Source: Macrostomum lignano
Lineage: Eukaryota
Assembly (NCBI GenBank): GCA_002269645.1
Contig: NIVC01001966.1
Coordinates: forward strand, 153,464 to 217,463
Length of the DNA stretch: 64,000 bases
Direction of reading: 5' to 3'
The position numbers and the translations under genes were made by a program. Position 1 is the first letter of the stretch, and each line of letters starts with the position of its first letter. Positions 49,481 through 59,648 of this stretch are shown piece by piece. Under the pieces are notes generated by a model. The model did no database searches. It had not been told where the DNA came from and worked only from the letters and a program-made list of their open reading frames with translations.

Positions 49481-50487
49481 ATGTCACCTCCGAGGGCGCT
49501 CCTCCTCGCCCTGCTGAGCCTCGCCTGCCTGCGCAGCCTGCAATCCTGCCAGCCGCCCTACCAGTCCGTGTCCGGCTTCTGCCTGCTCGTGAACACCACA
49601 GCCGCAGTCGGCTGGTGCCAGGCAGCTCGTCTGTGCCAGGCCGTCGGAGGCGAGCTGGTGATGGAGCCGGCCGCCATCCGGGCAGCTGCGCAGTTCGCCA
49701 CGGGCTCGGTGATTCTGTGGGTTGGTGTCACCGACTTTCTGGACGAGCAACTGACTAGCAGGTAAGGCAATAAAAAATCACTTAAATGTGGAAATCTCAA
49801 CAAGGATCTAAAAAAATATACTATTTTCCTCAAAATGCGTCAAAGAGCAAGCTGCCAAACTGCGCAGCAATTCAGTTTAGAAAGTCCTTTTACCTTTCTT
49901 GCTGTGCAGTGAATGCTGAAGGACGCTACTTGAAGGAGCTTTCACTATAACGATCAGACCATTCAAAAAGCAACTAACTCAGCTTCGCGAACTGATATAA
50001 CGTTTTTTGAGGCTCGTGGTTCGAGTTTTTATTTAACTTAAATTTCCACCTTCTCAGGAGCGGCTGGCGCATGGCCAATGGAACCGAATTTTTTGCTCCC
50101 AACTCTGACTGGCCATTTGGCTGCCCAAACAATAATGAGCACTCGGACGACATGCTGGCGCTATCGGGTGGTGCTTTGTGCGACTTGCGGGAATTTTTCC
50201 AAATCGGCTTCGTCTGCCAGCCCGTGGCGACGCCGAACAGCGGAACCTTCCGTCGGACCAGCTTCCTGCAGCTGGGCGACATCACGCCCTACTACTGCTA
50301 CACGGAGGTGCAGTCGGTGCAGCGCAGGCTGCTCTGCGTTCGCCAGTGCGCTGCCCGCTGGGAGTGTCGGGCGGCTCTGTTCAACCGGGCCGAGTCTCGC
50401 TGCCGCATGCTGGACTTCGCCGACGCGAGCGCGGGCGACGCCATCGAGAAGAGCGGCGCTTGGGAGAAGTTCGTCAAGGCCTACTGA
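49481..50487 (+). CDS. Secreted C-type lectin + PAN/apple-like protein, intact copy C (236 aa)
   Basis: Exons 49481-49761 and 50058-50487; same structure as copies A and B. Confidence 0.85.
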
Positions 50488-50595
50488 AGCTCGGAGACCT
50501 ATTCCAGATCGGGCAGATTCTGAAGAGACTCTGAAACACTAACGCCTCACAAGGCCCTGTCATCGCTAACAAGAATAAGCGATTGCCCAAAAACC

Positions 50596-50940
50596 CTAGT
50601 CATTTGAGCGAGAGTCGGATTTTCCTAATCCCAAACTGTTCAGCCAGTTAACTATTGTCGCGCGAAGCCCATGAGTGTTGAATATTTTAGTATAAGTGAT
50701 GAATACCAAAAACTCGAAAATACAATCTTCGATGACATGGCAGAGACGAGCACTGAAAGATGGAGTTATTGCATTTCTCCTTCCTTTAGCTTGGGCTTTT
50801 TCTAGAATTTTATCCATATCAAAGGCATAGACAAAGCGGATTCCATTTGGCAACAATAGAGCTTTATTCACCGGAAACTTTCCAATGCATTTTGCTTTTA
50901 TCAAAACGGAAGCCATTAAATCGTCTTCTGGATAAAGCAA
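50596..50940 (-). pseudogene. Possible tyrosine-recombinase catalytic-region remnant (Crypton-like)
   Basis: FNTHGLRATIVNWLNSLGL resembles the HxLR motif (TNHSLRAT..L...G); the rest is poorly conserved. Confidence 0.35.
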
Positions 50941-51132
50941 AACTTCAGCATCATTTTTCTTCCTTGACGTGTTGACTGATTACGAGCTAGAGGAAGAGCT
51001 TTTTAAAATACCACCATTAAAGAGGTGACATCTACTGATGTTCGCATTCTTTTATTTCACGTTAAGATTGACGATTTGAATATTTTTGTGTTGCGCTAAT
51101 GCCTACGGTTCTATCGCATCTGTCCAGTATTT

Positions 51133-51230
51133 CAGGTGACCAGTATCTCAGGTGACCAGTATCTCAGGTGACCAGTATCTCAGGTGACCAGTATCTCAGG
51201 TGACCAGTATCTCAGGTGACCAGTATCTCA
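51133..51230. repeat. 16-bp tandem repeat, 6 copies
   Basis: CAGGTGACCAGTATCT x6, perfect. Confidence 0.95.
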
Positions 51231-51853
51231 CTGAGGAGTCTCTTGTCAAAAAAGTGAACATATATGTAACGATAAATAATTTCCAACTAAATAATAAACA
51301 ATAAATCATTGCAACCATCTTTTAGGCTTGTAAAAGGACAATTTCGCCTGTTATAAGCCTGTCATAAAGACGGTTTAACTGTCCACAGTCTTCTGCTCAA
51401 TTCACCTGCCCGAGTGTGCAGCAATGTCTCATTGTTTACAGTTTGGCCTGAGCGCTGAGTTCGTGTCTCTGCCAGCCAGCCTGTGCGCAGTTCGCTCCCT
51501 CCAATGAGTGTCAACACCTGACCCTGCCCACAGTCTCTCCTCTGATGATATGCGATTCATTTCTCTCTCCGTCGAGTCTGCTTCCATTTTACTCAAGCCC
51601 ATGACAACGGACAGCGCCCATCTCTATCCTTTCGCAGTCGAATTCTGCCTGTTTCTCTCTAATTCGTCTCAAAACTTTTTTCATTCCTTCGTCTCCTGGC
51701 CTAATGGGCAGAGTACAGCTGTTTTAAACGTGAAATGCCAGCTAAACGGCAACCCTGACGGGTTAAAAGAGTGCGAATTGCAAGGCCAGACAAAGCAGAA
51801 GAAGAAGAAGCGATCTGTAGTAAAACAGAAATTCAGTATCTACTGCTGAGGAC

Positions 51854-53151
51854 ATGGCAAGCACGATTGTCGATGCAACTACAGCAGCGAATGCGGCCTC
51901 TCCTGCGGACGCTGTGCCCAAGTCCGTCATCACAATCTCCATCCTCATTGCCGGATTTTTAATCGGAGTCCTGGTCGCCAAGCTGGTGAATTACTGTTAC
52001 AACCGGGCGGATGTGCCGGACAATGCCAGCGACATCAGCGAGCACACAAAAGGCCTGCTGAGAATCCAACTGGCCCTTCTGAAGATGGGCAAGTCCAGCG
52101 GCTTTGGCGGCGCCGGCGGCGAAGCTGGCGGCGACCCGGAGGAGGCCAAGAGGCAGCAGCAGGCGACGGTGCTCAGCATGTGGAAGATGAAGGCGATGAA
52201 CAAAGCGGCCGCGGCGCAGAAGACTCAAGAGGAGGCGGCCGCGGCCGGTGCTGCCAACGTTCAAGTTGTCGACGAAGCGCCTGACGATAAGAAAGGCGGT
52301 GCGTCTGGCGCCAAAAAAAGCGGCGCCGGTGGAAAAGCAGGCAAGTGCTTTCTTTGATTAAAAATTGCAGTCATATTTTACTAAAGAAATCCCGCGTTCA
52401 TAAACTGCAATTTTCAACTCCAGTCTCTGGCACCAAGCCGAAGGCGGTTGCCAAACCGAAGAAGCTCTTTCCCAACTCGCTGTCCGGCGTGGCGCCAACT
52501 GAAGCTCCGGCGCAGTCGGCATCCAAAGACGGGCTAGGAAGTGTCGCGGGAGCGGCTACTACTTCGAAGGCAACGCCACCGGCAGCTGCTGGCTCTGTCA
52601 AGGCTGCAACAACGACGACAACTAAAGCAGCTCCTGACCATGCAGCGACGCCTGCACCGAAGGCAGCTCCAGCGAGTGCAGCGACGCCTGTACCGAAGGC
52701 AGCTCCAGCGAGTGCAGCGACGCCTGCACCGAAGGCAGCTCCAGCGAGTGCAGCGACGCCTGTACCGAAGGCAGCTCCAGCGAGTGCAGCGACGCCTGCA
52801 CCGAAGGCAGCTCCAGCGAGTGCAGCGACGCCTGCACCGAAGGCAGCTCCAGCGAGTGCAGCGACGCCTGCACCGAAGGCAGCTCCAGCGAGTGCAGCGA
52901 CGCCTGCACCGAAGGCAGCTCCAGCGAGTGCAGCGACGCCTGCACCGAAGGCAGCTCCAGCGAGTGCAGCGACGCCTGCACCGAAGGCAGCTCCAGCGAG
53001 TGCAGCGACGCCTGCACCGAGGGCAGCTCCGGCTCCCACATCGAAGCCCGGTTCAGCCAAGCCAAAGCAGCAGCCGACGAGAAGTCAGGGGCCGACAACT
53101 GCAACTGCGGGCGGAAAATCCAACCCGAGCAGTCCGAAGTCCAACGCCTGA
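51854..53151 (+). CDS. Single-pass membrane protein with Ala/Pro/Lys-rich repetitive tail (404 aa), GC-AG intron
   Basis: Exon 51854-52340 contains the hydrophobic segment VITISILIAGFLIGVLVAKLV. Donor AG|GCAAGT at 52341 and acceptor TTTTCAACTCCAG at 52423 join in frame to 52424-53151. Confidence 0.65.
52642..53037 (+). repeat. Coding 36-bp tandem repeat (AATPAPKAAPAS x ~11)
   Basis: Unit GCAGCGACGCCTGCACCGAAGGCAGCTCCAGCGAGT. Confidence 0.9.
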
Positions 53152-53857
53152 GACTGGATGGCTGGTTTCAAATTGTATGAGCTGGATAATGATTACGATT
53201 TGAAAAACGTTTTTGTAAAAGTTTTACTTGTTTGAATAAGTGCCTATTGATAATCGTTACTGGCTTCATAAATTAGTCTTCACATTATCTTGTTTCGGAA
53301 AAAAGTATTCAATTGAAAAAAAACTATTTCTTTTTGTAGTACTGTCTTTTGACAGTTTTGGAAAAAAACCTTTTTAGCATTTAGAGGAATCTGATTAAGA
53401 AGATAAATACTGTAGTAATAAGAATTACCGAAGCTTATACTCGTAGTCCCTTAAAATTTGCGAGTGCCCAATAATTTATTATCTGTTGTACTCGAATTTA
53501 AAACCTGTTTTATCATGCATACCTAATAAAGGGTGATATATCATATGATACTCTGCGTAATCAAGTAACTCTGCAAAATTACAAATATGCACTTTTTCTG
53601 TCTAAGCTATGTGTCTATTGATTTTCCAGAGAAATACTCTGAGCAGTGCTTAATTGGATTTTAAACTGCGAAAAGTGCATACGAAGCGATTAATGTAGAC
53701 TGTGTCGGGTAAAATTTGGTTATGTCTATGGCCAAAGTCGCAGAGGCTAAAGGGTAGAAGGAGGCGGGCTTAACGAGAGACCATTAGCACCAGCGGAGCG
53801 AGGGAACGAGTCCAAGGTCCATAAATTTCAACCGCGCACAACCGCTTAGTTCAAGCA

Positions 53858-56323
53858 ATGGGCAAGAAGACCAGCCTGCGGGACGACATCCGCCAGGAAT
53901 GGCGCACAGTGGCCGAGAACCTGCGCGTAAACGAGTGGAAATGTACGACCGGACCAAGACCATGCTCAACGATGTCCTTATCTACAGGGACATGCCGCGG
54001 CCAGACCAGCTGCTGCCGCCAATGGTGGAGGAGTTTATGGAGAACGGGCTGGCCATGGAGCCAACCGAGACCCGGCCGTCCATTGAGGTGCCGGAGCACT
54101 TTTACAACTTCAGCTCGCCGGAGACCAACTTCATGCTGTCGCTTCTGCTGGATGCCAACGACAGCAGGCTGCGCCGACTGCTGAATCAGGTGCACACCAG
54201 GGCGCTATTCAAGGAGGACAGGTACTATCAGATTGTCGATGACCCCACTTTGTACATCCGGGGCACCGGCTGCGTTGACTTCCCGGCCTTTCATAGTGAG
54301 TCTTTTAACTTGGACTGATTGATCTGTTTAAGCATTTGGATTGTGTTTATGTGTTTATATCATTTAAATATTCCTTACCATTCAGACAAGGTCGTCATGT
54401 ACTTGACCGCCACCGGCATAATGATCTTTTTGAAGTGCACCACCGCCCTGACCGCCGCGGCCAGTATCTTCGGCAAGGGCGTAAGCCCGCGCACGCCCGC
54501 CTCGGAGAAGGCCCGTGAAGCGCGCCAGCCGAAACGCAAAAAGCCTCAGTCAGAGTTCGCCGCCGTCCGCCAATACGAAGCTAAAAAGAAGGATAAACTC
54601 CTGCCGCTGTTCAATGTGTACGCGTTTCAGTACGCCACCTACGTGCACTGCACCGAGGGCGACATCCTTCGCTTCCAGCTGGATTACCTGGCTATCAAGC
54701 GTCACTATTACGACGCATTTCCGTTCCTATTGCAGATGGATTGGCGGCCCAACTCGCCTTCGATGATCATGTACAGGCGGCGCTATTTCCAGTTCATGAC
54801 GCCGTTCCTGGACTGGGTGGATTTGATTCGCTACATCATGAAGAAAAGCCCCACGGTGTCAGCTTCCACCATCTACGAGCGAATGATCAACTCGCACAAT
54901 GACAACATCACTCTGGGCGACATGAAGTACTTGGGCCAGACCATGCTCGAGTGCTTCGAAATTCGAAAACTGTCCAAAGCCAACTGCAAGCTAAAGGCCT
55001 ACTACGGTGTGTACGTTGGCAGAAAGATTCTCAAGGACAAGGAACCGCAGACGCATGCCGACTATAAGGAAGCCTTCGGTCAAGGCTTGGCCGTTCGGCC
55101 GGTCATTCCTCACGCGTGCTCTCCAACTAGGCGATTCCTGGTGCACCTGTACTATTACGACAAGGCCAGCATGTCGACCATGGCCCAGGTGGTCTCAGTT
55201 GTCGACTTCATGCTGAAGCAGGACTTCTTTAGCATGCACCCGCTGTGCAAGCTATCAACTATCCACTTGGAGCCAATTATCTTCCAGATTTACGACTTTG
55301 TCTGGATGATTCGCAAGGATAACATTGGCAGGAAGCAGTACCTGCGGCATGAGACTTGGGAGTCTATTAGAGCGGTGGGTTCGATTGATTTTTCACAATT
55401 AACTTTTTTATTTATTGATGCTTCTTCAATCATTGAATTGAATACAAAATCTTTGACTTTTAGAACGACGAGGCATACGCGTGGTACCTGCGTTGGGACG
55501 TACTTAACTGCGTCAGTCTTCTATTTGGCATCTGTCAGAACGCGCTCATCAAGGATTTGAACGAATCTGTGATTGACCGGCTGGTCACACTCATCATCGA
55601 GGTGTTGCGCAGCTCGGAGTACCTGGAATCGGTCATGTCTTACAGTTTCTTTGACACCTACTTCGGCCTGACTAGTACCGTCAACTGCGTTCCCAACCTG
55701 CAGTCCCGTTGTGTGCTGCGCGTTCTAAAGAAGCTGCCGTTGTACCTCGTGGAGAACTTTACTTCGCCAGCCCTGCTCGGCATGTTCACGCATCGGTTTT
55801 GGCGCGGCGCCAGCGATCAACAGAAGCCGCCGCCGCGCACCCTGGAAGAGATTGGCGAATTTCTTGTACTTCGAAATCGACGAATGTCGATGAAAACGGC
55901 CGCCGAAGGAGGCGGCGAAGCCATGTCCGGCACGTCGGCCATGGGAGCCGGCGGTGCCGTCACTCTGTTCTTCCGCGAATACGAGAGCATGCCGGAGATC
56001 ACCGCCGAGGACGAGCAGGCCATGGACAACGATCGCAACGACAACACGCGCAAGGAAGAGGAGGAGCGAGTCCACGTGGCCGATTACAAACGACAAGAGA
56101 CGGACTTCCGCTACTCGCAGATATTTACCGATTCGTTCTTCCAAGTAAGTGTCAGGCCAAATGTTTTAGCGCACGTGTACTTTTATGTCTGTTAAACAAT
56201 GCAAATTAATCTTTCTTGACTTTGTCACTGCAGGCCACGGGTCGGCCAAGGATATTTTACGACGAGAACGCCCAGATGAAGATGTGTAAGCAGCGTAGCA
56301 AGGAGCTTTTCAAGCCGCAATAA
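53858..56323 (+). CDS. Uncharacterised protein of about 690-710 aa, four exons
   Basis: Phase-compatible GT-AG exons 53858/53899-54295, 54386-55374, 55539-56144, 56234-56323, with strong GC3 codon bias. The start at 53858 needs one extra A in GGAAATG near 53940. No family recognised. Confidence 0.7.
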
Positions 56324-56979
56324 AAGCTCCAAGCTCGATGCATTTTCCTGACGATACGAAATGGCGCGAAAAACCTGACTGCATCTCGATTAATTTTTTT
56401 TAATTGTCTGCGACATTGAATAAAAGGGAAATAAATTGAAAAAAAATAGTTATTTCCCAGCGCGAATCTCCTTTTTAGACGAAAAAAAGCGCTTTTTGTT
56501 TACTATAAAAACGTGAAAAATTGATTACTCCTGTTTCTGGTCTTGCTTATCTTGCGATATAAAATGAAACACCTTTTTGTAGCGCGGGATAGCAAAAACT
56601 CTGAAAGCATAATGCTCGATTGTGAAGATTTCAATTTAGCAATGCGATAATTTGTGCACTTGTGCAAAGTAATGCATACTATTTGACTAATGCAGAGTAT
56701 CTGAAAAAAATTAAAAGCTGTGCAAACGTACCGGCAGTAGTAAGGGTTGGTTTTTTGCTCAATTTTGTGAGCAAAGTTCAGAGGAACATGAAACGAAAAA
56801 TAGTACTAGCTCGTAAATAGATATGGGAAGAACTTTTAATAGGAGAGAATCTCGGATTTAGCTGTTCAAGGCAAACTCCAAGAAAGCAGAAACATAGCGT
56901 TGCTTTTTTAGATACTTATCGTTGAATTTTACGAGAGTAATTTCAGTTCCGTCTCTGGATGCAGCCAGCAGCTGGCAGC

Positions 56980-59120
56980 TCAACAGCCGTTTCCAATTTC
57001 GCTCAGACGTCTCAGAGCCGCTTCGTCAAAGCCGACGTCGCTCCAGCCGCGGAGTCGAGCCTCCATCATCGGGGACCGCGCCGGCAGTGGCATCAGCTCC
57101 TCAATGGTGTCCACATTCTCAACACGCACATCCGGTGGACATGACTGTCGTGAATGCGATGCGTCCATTTCCTGCTGACAGCGATAAACCGCTCGATGTA
57201 AAAGAAGGAAAAGCAGCTCCAAAAACTCAAAGGCAAACGTCAGCGTAACCCCGATGGTGAGACTGCCCAGGCCGCCAATCCGACTGACCAGAGCGCTGAG
57301 GGTGATCTGCAGCTTCTCCTGCTTTAAAACCGTATTGTAATTGAGTCTGGAGACCCGAATCAAAGCCATTCGTTCAACCAGTGCCTGTTCCTCCGGGTTG
57401 TTTTTCCAGTCGCCCGAGGCGCCGATGCTTTCCAGGTTGCAGAATTCCAGCAGCTTCGGCAAAGCCAGCGCGCCAGCCGGTCTGAGGCGTTGAGGCTGGC
57501 GTGTCGGAGAGCACCGCTCACGAGGCCCATCCAGCGCAGCTGCGACAGTCGCGGTGCCCAGTTGGCCACAGACAGGTGGCTGTTATAGAAGTACTGCGTG
57601 CACGGCTTGCGACACGCGTTCAGGGTAAAATGACGAATTATAGAGCTCAGATTCAGGTGCTGGACGCAGGTGTATCGTTTCAGGAACTCTTCCAGCTGGG
57701 TCTCGTGATAGTGACCGCAGTAGGGTACCTCTTTGGAGGGCACTTGCGAAATGATTTGGAAGGCAGAGACGCAGTTACATATTTCGGTTACACGCTTGCC
57801 TAGGAGGTCACTGACGCAAGCTGTCTGCGTATAATTGTAAACGTGGTCGTGGTCTCTGATCGGCGTCTGCTCCTTCGGGTTGGAGCACTCCCCTTCTGGG
57901 TAGTTCTCCTTTTCAACTCGCACCTGCGGCATGAAGGGGACAGGAAGGCTTGAAAGTGCGACTGTTTTAAATTCCGTAGTTAATATTTTCATTAAAAGTC
58001 TTATTCCCTACTTCTTCATGAAGCCTTTACGTATAGTCAAATCTCCTGCTTTTAGGAATACACAATCATGAAGCTTATTTCTCACCGTCTGATAGCGGAT
58101 CAGCGTGGCGGTGCCCGTTTGCACCGTGAAGCTGTCCGAGTCCACATTCGGGAACGTTCCGGGCTCGTGAAGCACTACGCGGAAACCCGTAGCCTGATTG
58201 AATGCGTTGAACGCTTGCTCCTCCATTTCCCGGAACGATTTGTTAACCGCGCTGCCTCCATACAGATCAGAGTTGCGAACATTTGACAGAATGAGAGATA
58301 CTTCGCTGAGTTGCTCAGTAGTACCTAGCATTTTCAGATTATAGCAGGTGAAGAACTCTGGATGATGGATGCGGGTGAATTTAAACTGGCAGGTTGTTTC
58401 CTGAATCTTCGATGGGCTGGCGTTTCCGATGTGGCGGGCGATGCAGAAGGGCATGAGGTCGGTCAGATGGTGGCTCACTTCATTCAACTCCGATTCGTTG
58501 ATTAGCTGAAAGTAGGTTGTCACCCGATCGTTGTGAAACAATTTCGAAGCGTCGAGGTAGCGCCCCTGCCGCACTAGGCTGCCCATGCCGCGGCGAAGTT
58601 CCTGCGACAAGTTGGCTGGGCTGACGATTCTGCCGGAACGCCAGTGCTCCCGCGCCGCCGAGGCGAACGGGCTGAGCGAGCACACAGTGAGACTGGGGAA
58701 TGGAGTCGGGTCGTTGACTCGCTCTTCCACCTGGAAGTTTGTATGAAAAGACAAGAACTCGGAGATGAGGTTATGCGAGCAGTACAAGAGGAATGCCGTC
58801 ATGCTGACTAGATAGAGCAGCCAGTGCAGGCGCAGAACTCGATGTCGGGTTGCGTAGCACTTTCGCACGCCTCTCAGCGTAGTATTTTCGACGAATGTCT
58901 TCAAAGCAAAGTGTAACCATTTTGTCTGTGCGACTGGCGCAACAGCTTGCAGGGGCTTTGATCGGGATTTTGAGCAGCGCCTGAAGCGGACATTGTAGCA
59001 TACGAGCCGTACTAGATTTGTTCCTTTTCGATTTTTCAAACTTGGCTTAGAAAAATTTCCACATTGTCTGTACAGAGGGGATTTTATAGAGCGCTGCATA
59101 TCAGATGTTTGTATTCTCAT
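56980..59120 (-). CDS. DEG/ENaC (amiloride-sensitive channel family) subunit of about 659 aa, with one frameshift
   Basis: Exons 59120-58086 and 57923-56980: FVENTTLRGV, TM1, FPSLTVCSLSP, HPEFFTCY, GFRVVLHEPGTFP, YTQTACVSD, CRKPCTQYFY, SRIGGLGSLTIGVTLTFAFEFLEL. Frameshift near 57462, repaired by one extra T in a TTT run. Start codon uncertain (59120 or 59099). Confidence 0.85.
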
Positions 59121-59648
59121 GGGGATGGGACTGGCACCAGGAAAGAGACAAACCGAACGAAGTAAAAAATTCACACACCGTGACGCGTCGTAACTCGATA
59201 AGCCGAAAAAAGTTTTCTGCGTGGAAACTTTACGACTCAACCGTCAGTCCTTTCGAAAGCTTCGCAGCTGCTTCGGCTTTTAAAATACTCAAAATATAGA
59301 AACTATCAACGACACGAAATTCTGCGTATTGCAGAGTCGAATTATTTGTGTCGTGTTGAATTATGGGTCAATAATTGTTTCATCTTCGAGTCGAAAAATA
59401 GGATGTAATATTAAAGCATCTGAGCATTCAGATGTCGAACTCAAGGCTAAAGCACTGTTAAACTTGTCCGCGTTTATGATTGGCTTGATTATAAAATATG
59501 CACCGCAGCTCAAAACAATTTTGTAATTTTTCGAGAGCAGGAGAGAATGAAAATAGACAGAGAGCAGATCTGCTTTAACGTCTGGATCCTCAGAAACATG
59601 TCTACATTTTTCCTCCAATTTTTCATCGACTGTCCACAGAGGTCTCTT

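Noticed and set aside
19729-50487. Diversity-generating retroelement acting on the C-type lectin variable region
   Set aside because: Substitutions among copies involve all four bases, not only adenines; there is no template repeat; the nearby RTs are gypsy and DIRS types, not DGR RT.
52398-53203. Alternative-frame and antisense ORFs over the 36-bp repeat (52398..53060, 52541..53203, 52622..53104)
   Set aside because: Shadows of the coding repeat; only the 52345 frame connects by splicing to the upstream exon.
53927-53958. A 32-bp GT-AG micro-intron that would also join frames 53858 and 53899
   Set aside because: Possible, but it has no pyrimidine tract and would remove well-biased coding sequence; a 1-nt error in the A run is more parsimonious. 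RNA-seq would decide.
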